A stretch of DNA of 57,401 bases from Candidatus Zixiibacteriota bacterium (GTDB taxonomy: Bacteria > Zixibacteria > MSB-5A5 > GN15 > JAAZOE01). The first letter of the stretch is position 1. Every line of letters starts with the position of its first letter. Position numbers and translations under genes: made by a program. Shown one piece after another: positions 7,627 through 18,558 of the stretch. The stretch covers positions 1 through 57,401 of the forward strand of contig JBDREQ010000040.1 of NCBI GenBank assembly GCA_043819555.1, read 5' to 3'. A model generated the notes under the pieces. The model did no database searches. It was not told the origin of the DNA and worked only from the letters and a program-made list of their open reading frames with translations.

Positions 7627-9762
7627 CTACTGACCGCTCAGCCAGCTTAGTTCCCGGCTCAAACCGGCAAAATCTGTCACCGGAAGACGACAGACTCTAT
7701 CACGGCAAAAGAAATATGTCAGTTCGTCAACCTCTTGCCTTCCCTGCAAAAGGGATAAATTCGATTTTTCTCCATTAGTATTTCCGATTACTATTTTGTT
7801 GGGGAGGAAGCGGGAGAATATCTCCCGATTGAAGCGAGTCATTTTTTTGGCGTTATCGCCTGAAATCACTATTTCGATTGGTTCTGATAATGCAAAATAT
7901 CCGGCCATCAACAGCGTGGCTGTCGCTTGAGGTGATTGCGCAGCCAAACCTGAAAGAGCCGTCAATGATTCATCTCGAATATGAAAGAGAGATACATCGC
8001 CGGTAATAGCTGCGAGGTACTGGAGATTTCGAATCATGACAAAGGCTGGCGAGGGCGTAGCGCCATCTGATATATCTCGAGGTCTGAAGATTAAATCAGA
8101 GTTATCCGCGGCGGAGGAAAAAAATTGACCAGAATCATAAAACAAATCAATGGCACGATCGGTTAATTGCCGGCAAATCCCCAGATAATTTTCATCAAAT
8201 GATGCCTGATACAAATCGAGCAATCCGGCAATGAAATAGGCGTAATCTTCCAATAATTCCACATGTAGTATTTTCCCATAGCGATAACTATGGTAAAGCT
8301 TACCGTCATCGTGCAATTTTCCCAAAATAAAATCTGCTGCTTTTTTGGCGGATGTCAGATAACCGATTTCCCCTGTTACTTGATGGGCCCGCGAAAAGGC
8401 GGAGATAGCCAGGCCGTTCCAGGAAACCAATATTTTGTCATCAATAGCCGGGGCAACACGATTGGAACGGGAATCAAACAAAGTTAGATTTACCTTTTCA
8501 ATTATTTTACGAAATTCTTCCGGGCTTAGATTTAATTCATCAATCACGGCCTGCGAATGGCGGCCTAAATGCAGAATATTGAGATCATGCTCAAAATTAC
8601 CAGCTTCGGTCACTCCGTAATAACGACATATCCAATCGGAGTCATCTCCCATTATCTGGTATATCTCTGACTTTTTCCAGACATAAAATTTGCCTTCCTC
8701 TCCGTCGCTGTCGGCATCCATAGTCGAATAAAACCCACCGCCGGAATCGGTCATTTCCCGCGTTAGAAAATCAAGAGTTCCGGTAACGATGTCGAGATAT
8801 TCCTCCTCGCCGGTTAGCTGATAGGCTTCGAGATATGAATTGACCAAGAGGGCATTATCATATAGCATTTTTTCAAAATGAGGGATTAACCATTTTTCAT
8901 CGACTGAGTAGCGATGGAAACCGCCGCCAAGATGATCATAGATTCCGCCTTCAGACATCTTGTTCAAGGTCAAATAACCGGCCCGGGAGTATTCGTCATT
9001 TTTTGTCAGCAGAGAGGCTCGAAATAAAAACTCAATGGCCTGGCTTTGTGGAAATTTCGGCCTCGACCCAAATCCTCCGTTTCGAAAATCAACATTTCGG
9101 AGGATTTCATCCGCACCTGATATTAACACTTCACGACTGATTGGCCTTGGTGAAATACTCTGAACCGCCGATTGAGATAAACGGCTGGTAATCATATCGG
9201 CGGTTCTAAGAATGTCGTCATTTCGGCTTTCATAAGCAGCGGCAATTTCTGTAAGGATATCTTTAAATCCCGGACGGCCATAATTTGATGTTGGAGGGAA
9301 ATAGGTACCGGCATAGAAAGGTTTTTTTTCGGGAGTCATAAAGATTGACATCGGCCATCCTCCACTGCCGGTCATAGAGGTCAAGGCCGACATATAAACT
9401 TGATCGATATCGGGGCGTTCTTCTCGATCGACTTTTATTGATACAAAAAACTTATTCAGGATTTGAGCGATTTCGTCATTTTCAAACGATTCGTGTTCCA
9501 TAACATGACACCAATGGCAGGCATTATAGCCAATCGATAAAAATATCGGCTTATTTTCAACGCGGGCTTTTTCAAATGCTTCATCGCTCCACTCAAACCA
9601 ATCGACCGGATTATCGGCGTGAGCCTGCAAATATGGCGAGGCGGCGTTGGCTAATCTATTTTTTGTCTTAGTGTGCATAGCTTCTTCTCCAATCCTGGAA
9701 CATCCCAATATCATTGCCAAACATAGGGTTAATATTGTGAGTACGGCCATATCGTGGACCAT
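7627..9762 (-). CDS. YyaL/SSP411 (DUF255) thioredoxin-domain plus six-hairpin glycosidase-like protein, with lipoprotein-like N-terminus
   Basis: [38 protein letters not shown]. Hydrophobic N-terminus ends in LGC. Confidence 0.92.
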   Translation of the reverse strand: MVHDMAVLTILTLCLAMILGCSRIGEEAMHTKTKNRLANAASPYLQAHADNPVDWFEWSDEAFEKARVENKPIFLSIGYNACHWCHVMEHESFENDEIAQILNKFFVSIKVDREERPDIDQVYMSALTSMTGSGGWPMSIFMTPEKKPFYAGTYFPPTSNYGRPGFKDILTEIAAAYESRNDDILRTADMITSRLSQSAVQSISPRPISREVLISGADEILRNVDFRNGGFGSRPKFPQSQAIEFLFRASLLTKNDEYSRAGYLTLNKMSEGGIYDHLGGGFHRYSVDEKWLIPHFEKMLYDNALLVNSYLEAYQLTGEEEYLDIVTGTLDFLTREMTDSGGGFYSTMDADSDGEEGKFYVWKKSEIYQIMGDDSDWICRYYGVTEAGNFEHDLNILHLGRHSQAVIDELNLSPEEFRKIIEKVNLTLFDSRSNRVAPAIDDKILVSWNGLAISAFSRAHQVTGEIGYLTSAKKAADFILGKLHDDGKLYHSYRYGKILHVELLEDYAYFIAGLLDLYQASFDENYLGICRQLTDRAIDLFYDSGQFFSSAADNSDLIFRPRDISDGATPSPAFVMIRNLQYLAAITGDVSLFHIRDESLTALSGLAAQSPQATATLLMAGYFALSEPIEIVISGDNAKKMTRFNREIFSRFLPNKIVIGNTNGEKSNLSLLQGRQEVDELTYFFCRDRVCRLPVTDFAGLSRELSWLSGQ

Positions 9763-9923
9763 TTCTATCTCCTAACTCTACAATAAACATAACCACGAAT
9801 AATCCATTATTGTTTCACGAATATGGAACCTGGGTGGATGTTTCGTTTAGAATAAAAAAGGGCTTGCCGATACCTAAAATGGCTATTACTTTATGCGACT
9901 ATCATTAGCGGAGGATATTTTAG

Positions 9924-11099
9924 ATGAAACGGTGTACAATGACTGCTTTCCTGCTACTGGGCTTAATTATTCTGTCTTCTCAATCGATTTGGGCTCTTGG
10001 TGCAGAAATGGAAAAATCGATATTGGAAGCCCGCTGGCCGAAAATATATAAAATGCTGAAGGATGATTCGGCGTCTGTAGCCGATCCTATCTCTCGCCTT
10101 TTAATGGGGCACGCTTGCCTGGCCACTCAGAAAAACTATGGCGCAACCAGTATGTTCAAAAGCGTAACTGATCCCAATGAGATAGTAATCTGGGCTCAAT
10201 TTACAGAGTCATTCTACGGACAACATCCCGAAAACGCCGTTGCCGCTTATTTATTTGCAGACGCTAAATTGCGCTCCGGAAAAATCGAGGAAGCTCTGGC
10301 CGGTTTTGATCAATCGATATTCAAAGACGATCTGTTTTTACTTCCCTATTATCAAAAGGCATTCATCTATAATTTGATTTTGAATGACTATCAAAAAGCA
10401 GAAGTCGAATTTCGCAATGTATTGAGAATCAATCCGCGCTTTGCTCGCGCCTATCTGGAATTGGCCGGTATTTATACCGATAAGGATGATCATGTTAAGG
10501 CAATTGAGCTTTTGAGCAAGGCAATAGATTCTGATAAGGAGTACTCTTTTGCCTTTTACAATCGAGCTAATGCTTATATGCATCTAAAAGAATACGACAA
10601 GGCTTTATCCGATTATGACCAGGCCATTATGTTGCGGCCCCTCTGGCCGGAAGCGCATTACAATCGGGGAAATCTTTTTCTGTTCGGAAAAGATAATCTT
10701 CTAAACGCGATTTCAGATTATGATAAAGCTCTTCGTATGAATCCCGAATACACTGATGCTTATTTGAACCGCGGTATAGCCCGCGACAGGAGGGGAATGT
10801 CCCAGCAGGCTATAGCTGATTTCAATCGCGTCATAAAAATGAATCCGGATTTCGCCGAGGGATACAGTAATCGAGGCAATGCTCATTTGAATATGAATTT
10901 GATTGATAAGGCTATGGAAGATTATAATAAGTCCCTGGAACTCAATCCCCAACTTGCGGAAGCTTATGAAAATCGTGGTTTTCTGTATATGGTCAAATTA
11001 AATGAACCGGAGAAAGCCTGCGCTGACTGGAAAAAAGCGTGTGAATTGGGCCGCTGCAATAATTACAATATTGCCCGTAATGACGGCGCCTGTAACTAA
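9924..11099 (+). CDS. Secreted tetratricopeptide repeat protein
   Basis: Signal peptide and multiple AYxNRG...A..DY.KA..LNP repeats. Confidence 0.9.
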   Translation: MKRCTMTAFLLLGLIILSSQSIWALGAEMEKSILEARWPKIYKMLKDDSASVADPISRLLMGHACLATQKNYGATSMFKSVTDPNEIVIWAQFTESFYGQHPENAVAAYLFADAKLRSGKIEEALAGFDQSIFKDDLFLLPYYQKAFIYNLILNDYQKAEVEFRNVLRINPRFARAYLELAGIYTDKDDHVKAIELLSKAIDSDKEYSFAFYNRANAYMHLKEYDKALSDYDQAIMLRPLWPEAHYNRGNLFLFGKDNLLNAISDYDKALRMNPEYTDAYLNRGIARDRRGMSQQAIADFNRVIKMNPDFAEGYSNRGNAHLNMNLIDKAMEDYNKSLELNPQLAEAYENRGFLYMVKLNEPEKACADWKKACELGRCNNYNIARNDGACN

Positions 11100-11218
11100 C
11101 CTTTCTGGATTGAAAAAATCCATTTGGTTTTATCGATTTTATAAATTCGCTTGCTCCCGTCCCATTTTATTTCTAATATATAGCATTAATCTTTAATCGT
11201 ACTGGGAGGTATATTTTC

Positions 11219-11794
11219 ATGGCCGATCTAAAAGGGACCAGAACCGAAAAAAATCTATTGGGTTCATTTGCCGGGGAATCGCAGGCGCGAAATCGATATA
11301 CGTTCTTTACCAGCAAGGCTCGCAAAGAAGGGTATATACAGGTTGCCGATATATTTGAAGAAACCGCCAATCAGGAAAAAGAACACGCCAAGCGTTTTTT
11401 CGGATTTTTGAAGGGCGGGGATGTAGAAATCACCGCGACTTTTCCGGCCGGAGTGGTCGGCTCGACAGCCGAAAATTTAAAAGCCGCGGCCGCGGGAGAG
11501 CACGAGGAATGGACGGAACTTTATCCTGAATTCGCGAGGATCGCGCGTGAGGAAGGATTCAATGCAATTGCCAAAACCTGGGATGCCATATGCGTCGCGG
11601 AAAAACAACACGAGAATCGCTATCTGGGATTGCTAAAAAACATTGAAAATGGAAGTGTCTTCAAAAAACCAAAGAAGGTTGTCTGGCGTTGCAGAAATTG
11701 CGGATATCTTCACGAAGGCGAAGAGGCGCCCGATGTCTGTCCGGCCTGTGCTCACAAAAAAGATCTTTTTGAAGTTCTGGCCGAAAACTGGTAA
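11219..11794 (+). CDS. rbr: Rubrerythrin
   Basis: FAGESQARNRY, EKEH and EKQH diiron ligands, C-terminal CRNCG...CPAC. Confidence 0.95.
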   Translation: MADLKGTRTEKNLLGSFAGESQARNRYTFFTSKARKEGYIQVADIFEETANQEKEHAKRFFGFLKGGDVEITATFPAGVVGSTAENLKAAAAGEHEEWTELYPEFARIAREEGFNAIAKTWDAICVAEKQHENRYLGLLKNIENGSVFKKPKKVVWRCRNCGYLHEGEEAPDVCPACAHKKDLFEVLAENW

Positions 11795-11822
11795 GTTTCA
11801 GTATAAAACTTAAGGACGGCTT

Positions 11823-12530
11823 ATGAATATAGATGCCCTGCTCACGTTGAGTTATGGGGTTTATATCGTCAGTTCTCGATTGGGCGATAAACTCAACGGC
11901 CAAATATCCAATACTGCCATGCAGGTATCCAGTTCACCGCCTTTGTTGACGGTCGCTATCAATAAAAGCGCCTTGACCTATGAGTGTATTGCGGAATCCG
12001 GCGTTTTTGCCATTACGGTTTTATCCGAGGAAGCCCCTCTCGAATTTATTGGGAGGTTTGGTTTTAAAAGCGGACGTGATGTCGATAAATTCGAGGGTAT
12101 TGATTATCGCCTGACGCAAACTCAATCACCATATCCGACTGATTATGCCTTGTCGGTTTTGGACGTTGAAGTTATTAAATCCGAAGATATGGGTTCACAT
12201 ACATTATTCACCGGGAATATGGTTGATGCCCTGATTATCGGCCAGGGCAGTCCCATGACATATCAATTTTATCGCGAGAAATTACGCGGCAAAACACCCC
12301 CTACCGCACCGACTTATAAAGGTCCTCAAGATTCTCAAAAGGAAGCATCTTCAATGGGCGAAGACAAAATTGGTGAAAGTTACGAATGCGAAGTATGCGG
12401 GTATATTTATGACCCCGCTGAAGGCGATCCCGATGGCGGAATCCCGCCCGGAACGAAATTTGAGGATTTGCCCGATGATTGGATCTGCCCGGTATGCGAT
12501 GCCGATAAGAGCGAATTCGAACCTGTATAG
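11823..12530 (+). CDS. Flavin reductase-rubredoxin fusion (high-molecular-weight rubredoxin)
   Basis: Flavin reductase domain ([24 protein letters not shown]) plus C-terminal [10 protein letters not shown]...[10 protein letters not shown]. Confidence 0.9.
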   Translation: MNIDALLTLSYGVYIVSSRLGDKLNGQISNTAMQVSSSPPLLTVAINKSALTYECIAESGVFAITVLSEEAPLEFIGRFGFKSGRDVDKFEGIDYRLTQTQSPYPTDYALSVLDVEVIKSEDMGSHTLFTGNMVDALIIGQGSPMTYQFYREKLRGKTPPTAPTYKGPQDSQKEASSMGEDKIGESYECEVCGYIYDPAEGDPDGGIPPGTKFEDLPDDWICPVCDADKSEFEPV

Positions 12531-12537
12531 AATTTTT

Positions 12538-12563
12538 ATCGCCCCGAATTAATTCGGGGCGAT
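12538..12563. repeat. Perfect 26-bp palindrome (REP-like or terminator)
   Basis: ATCGCCCCGAATTAATTCGGGGCGAT between convergent genes. Confidence 0.7.
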
Positions 12564-12578
12564 TGAGTTTAGAGGAGG

Positions 12579-12624
12579 GGGAGGGGATGGGGTCCCAAGC
12601 GGAGGATACGGGATATCCCCTCCC
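12579..12624. terminator. GC-rich hairpin between convergent genes
   Basis: GGGAGGGGAT...ATCCCCTCCC inverted repeat. Confidence 0.5.
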
Positions 12625-12638
12625 GCTTTGAGTGAAGG

Positions 12639-13718
12639 TTAATAAATTTTTCCCATGGCGATTTCCTGCGGTGGTATGTAGCCATCGAATAAAGTTGAAA
12701 CGAGTCCTCCGCTTTTCATCAGAAGTCCTTCGCTTGTAGCCGCGATTAATTTATTCTTGTATTTGACAAAACGATTGACCATTAATCCCTCGAACTTTGG
12801 CATTAGTTTGAATTGGTTTTCAAAGAACGTAACGGCGCCGTTTGTTGTGCCAATTTTGACAATCCATTCATCGGCATTGATGGCGGTAATGATTTCTGAC
12901 GGGAGACCGTCGCCCAACCCGTAGGGCTGCCAGCGTCCGCCATCATGGACAAAGAATCCGTTATCGGTGCCAAGGTAGAGATGATCGTGGTTGTATTGCA
13001 GGGCGGTGACATTATCAAACAAAGTCGAATCACGGTGCAGGTAACGTTTCTTAAATTCCATTCCATCCCAGAAATAAAGGCCGTCACCGGCGGTGCCGAT
13101 CCAGACGCCTTCGGGTGCCGGGGCAATATTCGAGACTTTGATGCCGGTGGTCAGTTCTCGGACACCGTCGCCGCTGACCTGATAGAATCCTTCGGTGGTA
13201 CCGACATAGAGGAATTGCGCTTTCTGGGCGAGAGCGGTAATTGTACCTGACAGATTCAGATCAAAATCATCATTGACCAGCTCGTTATTGACGAGAGTAT
13301 AAAGATTATTGCCGCCGGCTAATATTTTCTCTCCGATCCTGATCATCGCGCCTAAAGATTTTTCCGAGGTAACGAATGAATTCGTACCGTCGTGACGCTG
13401 ATGAATCACAATTCCATCTTTATGAAGGCCGTAGATGTTATCATCATTGGCAATAATATCGAGGATTAACGGTCGCGAACGCAATTCCTGTTCGGAAAAA
13501 ACAACGGTGCTTTCTTCAATTACTTCATTGGCATATTCGACTTCCTGCCGGGCGGCGTCAGTATTCGCGTAATTGGTATCAGTCAATTGATTGAAAATCT
13601 CATCAGGGGCGGCACCCATTTCGCCAGAAGCATCATCTTCAGATGAGCAACCGAATAAAAACATTGCCGCTCCGAGAGCGATTCCGGCGAGTGAGACGAG
13701 GAATAATTTTGTTGTCAT
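12639..13718 (-). CDS. Lipoprotein with two-component-regulator-type beta-propeller repeats
   Basis: Lipobox LFGC and blades LYVGTTEG, VWIGTAGDGL, LYLGTDNG, DGLPSEIITAI. Confidence 0.75.
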   Translation of the reverse strand: MTTKLFLVSLAGIALGAAMFLFGCSSEDDASGEMGAAPDEIFNQLTDTNYANTDAARQEVEYANEVIEESTVVFSEQELRSRPLILDIIANDDNIYGLHKDGIVIHQRHDGTNSFVTSEKSLGAMIRIGEKILAGGNNLYTLVNNELVNDDFDLNLSGTITALAQKAQFLYVGTTEGFYQVSGDGVRELTTGIKVSNIAPAPEGVWIGTAGDGLYFWDGMEFKKRYLHRDSTLFDNVTALQYNHDHLYLGTDNGFFVHDGGRWQPYGLGDGLPSEIITAINADEWIVKIGTTNGAVTFFENQFKLMPKFEGLMVNRFVKYKNKLIAATSEGLLMKSGGLVSTLFDGYIPPQEIAMGKIY

Positions 13719-13766
13719 GGCCAGTCTCCTTTATTTTAAGGTTTTAAGTTACTCAACGATTGTTAT

Positions 13767-13783
13767 ATCAAAGATCATGCCGA
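13767..13783 (-). promoter_or_regulatory. Sigma54-like promoter of the propeller lipoprotein
   Basis: Minus strand TCGGCATGATCTTTGAT, GG-N10-GA (variant -12). Confidence 0.5.
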
Positions 13784-13844
13784 GATTTTAAATCATTGCA
13801 GGACATCGAGATGCTAATTATGTCCAGACAATTCATTAATTAAA

Positions 13845-13864
13845 CTGTGTCAAAATTGACACAG
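13845..13864. promoter_or_regulatory. Palindromic operator/enhancer CTGTGTCAA-AA-TTGACACAG
   Basis: Perfect 9-bp inverted repeat about 100 nt upstream of the predicted sigma54 start site. Confidence 0.65.
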
Positions 13865-13912
13865 GCGCGTCAAACTCCTATTTTGCGAGTATAAATAGGT
13901 ATAGAGGGTTAT

Positions 13913-15571
13913 ATGAGAAATTTTTTTATTGCCGTTTTGTTAATAATCTTGGCGTGCGGTTCAACAATTTGGGGGCAGTTTGTCGAATCACAAATTATTC
14001 AGATTAAACTGAATCGACTTTATTTTGACAGTGGGAATGAAAGCGGAATTTTCGTCGGAACGCCTTTTGCGGTATTTTGCGGCGGGGATGAAATTATATC
14101 GGGAATTATCGAATATGCCGGTCCCGGTATATCTTATAGTCGACCAGCTGCAATTATCGAAGGGTTGACTATTTCCGATAGTTGCATCGCCCGCTTAACG
14201 ACGGCAGTGATTGATACCGGAGCGGTGATTATGCTTGGTACCGATGTGCCGCTGGAGTTATTCAATATTTCGCGCGAGACATTATTCAAAAGAGATAGTG
14301 ATTCAATACTCCCCGCGCTGGCGGATTCACTTATCATGTCCGGGCGGGAGATGATTTTATATTTGAATCCGGGTATTCGGTACTCCGATGATACTCGTCT
14401 TAATAGCGAAACGGTTTACTGGTGGCTAAATGATCTCAATTATCGCAGTCGATCTTATGCAGTCAGATATTTTTTCGCCAAACTAAATCTTCTCAGTGAT
14501 GATGGAATTGAGATTATCGACGGATTTACCCTGCGGCTTCGCTTCCGGCAGCCATTCCCAAGAGCGGAATACTTCCTTTCGCATCCTGATTTTCAGGTAT
14601 ATAATCAAAGCTATTTAGGCACAGGCGCTTTTCGTGAAATCGGACAGGCGATGGCGGGAGAGCAGGTGCGGGCTTTTGTCCCCAATGAATTATATCGGGG
14701 TAAGATTTCTCAGATTGAAAAAATAAGCATAAAATATTTCCGTCAGTCATATCGAATGAAATTCGAATATGAAAACGAGATGATTGATGGTTATATCGGA
14801 TTCGGTTACGAAGATGATCTGGCCGGTGCGTACGAAGCGAAGGCGCTGTACCCTTATACGGCGGTGATGATAGCGGGGATCGGTGGCATTGGTTTTTCAA
14901 GCGGGTTATTGGCGTCTTCCATTTACTATCGTTTTGATCCCGAGCGCAGGCATCTTTATTTTCCATACGGCGCAACTGAAAATATATTCCGCTGGCTTTT
15001 ACGCGATGATTTGGCCTTAGGCGCCGGACGTTATCATCCTTATGATACCGAGCGTGGCCGGTCGCTTCACCGGAATATCCTTAATAATGCTTCGCGAATC
15101 AAAATCTGCTACGATAACAGTCTGCTCTATGAAACCGGTCGATACGTGGCTGATATTGCCGCCCGTGAAGGGACAATTGCCGATTTGGAAAAATATGGCT
15201 ATGGCCAGTCGTGTGATATTCGCCTGGCCTTTTTTCCGGCATCGGATATGATGGTTCCATTTGCCCTGATTGGGGCGGTTTTGGAATTGAACGATCAAAA
15301 TTCAACTCTGCCACAGGACCAAAGAATGAATCGGCCCGGCTGGGATGATCTGGGAAGCGGAACAAGTCTTTTGAACCTTGAAAATCGAAACCGATTTTTT
15401 GCCCGGGCCGAGGCTACGATATTTGAAGAGGCTTCGTTTTTTCCCCTTTACCGTCCCTGGGTATACGCCGTCGGCAGTGATCGGTTTCAAGGATTGAAAT
15501 TTGATTTTTACGGATACCCTGTTTTGGATGGCATCGCCGCCTTTCGTGCCTTTGCAATCGGGGAGAATTAG
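13913..15571 (+). CDS. Divergent family-5 (OppA/DppA-like) extracellular solute-binding protein with extra N-terminal domain
   Basis: Signal peptide, PALADS..., LNPGIRYSDDTRLNSETV (cf. LR.GV.FHDG.PL.A.DV), IEIIDGFTLRLRFRQPFP, GTGAF, FFPLY. No permease genes nearby. Confidence 0.65.
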   Translation: MRNFFIAVLLIILACGSTIWGQFVESQIIQIKLNRLYFDSGNESGIFVGTPFAVFCGGDEIISGIIEYAGPGISYSRPAAIIEGLTISDSCIARLTTAVIDTGAVIMLGTDVPLELFNISRETLFKRDSDSILPALADSLIMSGREMILYLNPGIRYSDDTRLNSETVYWWLNDLNYRSRSYAVRYFFAKLNLLSDDGIEIIDGFTLRLRFRQPFPRAEYFLSHPDFQVYNQSYLGTGAFREIGQAMAGEQVRAFVPNELYRGKISQIEKISIKYFRQSYRMKFEYENEMIDGYIGFGYEDDLAGAYEAKALYPYTAVMIAGIGGIGFSSGLLASSIYYRFDPERRHLYFPYGATENIFRWLLRDDLALGAGRYHPYDTERGRSLHRNILNNASRIKICYDNSLLYETGRYVADIAAREGTIADLEKYGYGQSCDIRLAFFPASDMMVPFALIGAVLELNDQNSTLPQDQRMNRPGWDDLGSGTSLLNLENRNRFFARAEATIFEEASFFPLYRPWVYAVGSDRFQGLKFDFYGYPVLDGIAAFRAFAIGEN

Positions 15572-15574
15572 GTC

Positions 15575-17209
15575 ATGACATTTTCGACGCGATTGCGACT
15601 GACTCTGTTGACTGCCGCCATATTGCCGACGATTCTGATTACGATCATTGTTGTGACCGGTATATCTGAACAAATTAAAAGAATCGAAAACCGTGAAGCG
15701 GTTCTGGCGTGTGATCGATTCGAGGATTTATTTGGCAACACATCGGCGCGCATGGGAAAAAGCATAAAATATGTTGCCGATAGCCGCGCCTTTCAAATCA
15801 GCGAACTTAATTTGAGAGCCAATAAAAGGCCATCTTCCCAGTATCGATTGCCGCTCTTATCTCTAGATTTTTTGGAATATGTCGATTCTGGCGGGCAGGT
15901 TCTGCTTACTGCCGATCGACCGGCTCTGGTGGGTCAGCTTCTTTCAATTGAAAATTATTCAGAACCAAAATTCACTTATCGATATGAAAATGATTATCGA
16001 GGATCGCATCCTTCGCTGATTTGTATTATCCCCACTCAATCCGGATATTTGTACGGCGGCATCTTTCTGGATATGTCATTCAATTCACTGGCCGCGGCAG
16101 TTACGAGATCTCAGATATATTTTATGGATAAGAGAAACGAGAATGATGAATTGCCATCAGGGCATCCGGACAAATCCGTCGGCAATCCTTATCGTGAGGA
16201 AAATCAATTTCGCGCGGTTATTTTCAATGATGAATTATCTGAATATTATATTTCCGCCTTGTTTGATCCCAGCGGTCTTGATAATGTATTCAGTAATTTT
16301 TATACCGCCATTGTAGGAGTAACCATTTTTTCGTTGATTGTAGTTATAATGGCCGGCTTGTATTTTTCGTCACAAACGCGCCGGGAAATTAAAAATCTCC
16401 AGGAAGGCGCCATGCGAGTCGCTACGGGTGATTTGTCTGGGCCGGTCATTACTCGAGGCGAAGACGAGTTTTCCGAATTGGCCGAATCATTTAACAGCAT
16501 GATGAAACAACTGTCCGATTCACAGAAACGGCTGGTCATGACTGAGAAGATCGCCGCCTGGCAATCAATCGGCCGCAAGGTAGCGCATGAGGTAAAAAAT
16601 CCTCTGACTCCAATAGCAATCGCGGCTGACGATTTGCGGCGCAGCTATAGCGAGCGGCAGCCGAACTTTGAAAAAATATTATCCGAATGTACTGGCACAA
16701 TCACCCGTGAAGTTGATCGATTGAAAAAGCTAATTGACCGGTTTTCGACTTTTGCAAAAATGCCGACTCCTGATATTAAAGAATTTGATATCGGGAGAGT
16801 GGTCGATGAAATTAAAATCCTCTATAAGGATCAGATTGCATCCGGTCAAATTGAGTTGATAAATAAATTGTCGCATACGATGGTCAAAGCCGATATGGAA
16901 CAGTTGTTGCAGGTGTTTATTAACCTTATCAAGAACAGCCTTGAAGCCGAATCGAGAAAATGCCTGATAATATTTAATTGGATGCGCGGTGATATTGACA
17001 TTTCAATTGACGATGATGGAGCCGGATTTCCTGAGAAAATCCTGACCGAAGGGATAACCCCGTATTATTCGACCAAAAAAGACGGGAGCGGTCTGGGGCT
17101 TTTGATTTGCCAGCGAATCGTTTTTGATCATAACGGAACGTTGAATTTGGAAAATAAGAAAGACGGAGGAGCGCGGGTGCTAATCACCCTGCCGCAGGAT
17201 AATGTCTAA
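15575..17209 (+). CDS. HAMP sensor histidine kinase, NtrY-like
   Basis: Two TM helices, HAMP, H-box AAWQSIGRKVAHEVKNPLTPI, N, G1 and G2 boxes. Confidence 0.92.
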   Translation: MTFSTRLRLTLLTAAILPTILITIIVVTGISEQIKRIENREAVLACDRFEDLFGNTSARMGKSIKYVADSRAFQISELNLRANKRPSSQYRLPLLSLDFLEYVDSGGQVLLTADRPALVGQLLSIENYSEPKFTYRYENDYRGSHPSLICIIPTQSGYLYGGIFLDMSFNSLAAAVTRSQIYFMDKRNENDELPSGHPDKSVGNPYREENQFRAVIFNDELSEYYISALFDPSGLDNVFSNFYTAIVGVTIFSLIVVIMAGLYFSSQTRREIKNLQEGAMRVATGDLSGPVITRGEDEFSELAESFNSMMKQLSDSQKRLVMTEKIAAWQSIGRKVAHEVKNPLTPIAIAADDLRRSYSERQPNFEKILSECTGTITREVDRLKKLIDRFSTFAKMPTPDIKEFDIGRVVDEIKILYKDQIASGQIELINKLSHTMVKADMEQLLQVFINLIKNSLEAESRKCLIIFNWMRGDIDISIDDDGAGFPEKILTEGITPYYSTKKDGSGLGLLICQRIVFDHNGTLNLENKKDGGARVLITLPQDNV

Positions 17210-18518
17210 AATACTATTGATAGATGACGAGCATGAAATCCGCAGTACGCTGTCGGCCGCTCTGGGACGGCGCGGATACCGGGTCGATGCGATGCTTGAT
17301 ATTGGCAGTGCGAAAAAGAAAGATTTTTCAAAATACGATTTGATACTGCTCGATGTGATGCTTCCCGACGGCGATGGCGTTGGACTGCTGGAGGAAATAA
17401 TCGCAATTGATGGCTCGCCTCCAGTGGTGATGATCTCGGGACATTCGGGGATCGATACTGCTGTGCGTTCTATTCAAATCGGGGCGTCGGATTTTCTGGA
17501 AAAACCTCTGTCGCTCGATCGGGTTCTTATCACTATCGAAAATGTATTGCGGACGCGCCAGCTTAAAAATGAGAATATTGAATTATCGAATAAAATATAC
17601 GGGACATTAATCGGAAATTCGCCATCAATAAAAAAAATAAAAAAAGATATTGAAAACACGGCGGTAAAATCCAATCGCTTCTTGATTCTTGGCGAAAACG
17701 GAACCGGTAAAGAATTGATTGCGCGGATGATACATCAGTATGGCCAATACAAATCTGGGCGATTTGTTCCGGTTAACTGCGCGGCGTTGCCTGCGGAATT
17801 GGTCGAATCCGAACTCTTTGGACATATCAAAGGCTCGTTTACCGGAGCCGTCGGCGATAAAACCGGGCGATTTGCCGAAGCTGATAAGGGAACGATATTT
17901 TTGGATGAGATCGCCGATATGAAGCCGGATGCGCAAGCCAAAATATTGCGCGTTCTGGAAAGCGGCGAATTGCGTCCGGTTGGATCAAGCGAAACGAATC
18001 ACATCGAGTTGAATGTTGTAGCGGCGACGAATAAAAATATCGGGCAGTTGATTGCCGACGGTGAGTTTCGCCAGGATTTATATTATCGCCTCAATGTCGT
18101 ATCGGTAGTACTCCCGCCTCTGCGAGATAGAAAAGAGGATATCCCGCTTCTGCTGTATCATTTCTTGAATGAATTTGCGGAATCCGCCGGTCGAACGCCT
18201 GTGGAATTCACAAAGGACGCTTTGGCATTTTTGATGTCTTATGATTATCCGGGCAACGTCCGAGAGTTGCGAAATATCGCCGAGCGGATTTCAATCTATA
18301 TCAATAAAAAGCAGGCTGACAAAGCCGATATCAAGCCTCTTTTATCGGGTACATCGCGGGAATTTGTCCCGCTCAAAGATGCCGTCGAGGATTTTGAATC
18401 GGAGTATATCCAGAGAGCGATCGGAATATGCGGCGGCAATATCGCCGAAGCTGCACGACGATTGGGTTTGGAGCGTTCGCATCTTTATAAGAAAATGAAG
18501 AAGTTGGGGCTGGAATGA
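17202..18518 (+). CDS. Sigma54-dependent response regulator (NtrX/NtrC family)
   Basis: REC domain, GENGTGKE, ESELFGH.KGSFTGA, FLDEI and Fis-type HTH. Confidence 0.95.
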   Translation: MSKILLIDDEHEIRSTLSAALGRRGYRVDAMLDIGSAKKKDFSKYDLILLDVMLPDGDGVGLLEEIIAIDGSPPVVMISGHSGIDTAVRSIQIGASDFLEKPLSLDRVLITIENVLRTRQLKNENIELSNKIYGTLIGNSPSIKKIKKDIENTAVKSNRFLILGENGTGKELIARMIHQYGQYKSGRFVPVNCAALPAELVESELFGHIKGSFTGAVGDKTGRFAEADKGTIFLDEIADMKPDAQAKILRVLESGELRPVGSSETNHIELNVVAATNKNIGQLIADGEFRQDLYYRLNVVSVVLPPLRDRKEDIPLLLYHFLNEFAESAGRTPVEFTKDALAFLMSYDYPGNVRELRNIAERISIYINKKQADKADIKPLLSGTSREFVPLKDAVEDFESEYIQRAIGICGGNIAEAARRLGLERSHLYKKMKKLGLE

Positions 18519-18520
18519 GG

Positions 18521-18548
18521 GTAGCGACAACTCTAGAGTTGTCGCTAC
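18521..18548. repeat. Perfect 28-bp GTAG-capped palindrome (REP-like)
   Basis: GTAGCGACAACTCTAGAGTTGTCGCTAC between convergent genes. Confidence 0.75.
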
Positions 18549-18558
18549 AAGTACAATA

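Noticed and set aside
11120..11215. PerR/Fur box before rubrerythrin
   Set aside because: AT-rich but no convincing inverted repeat.
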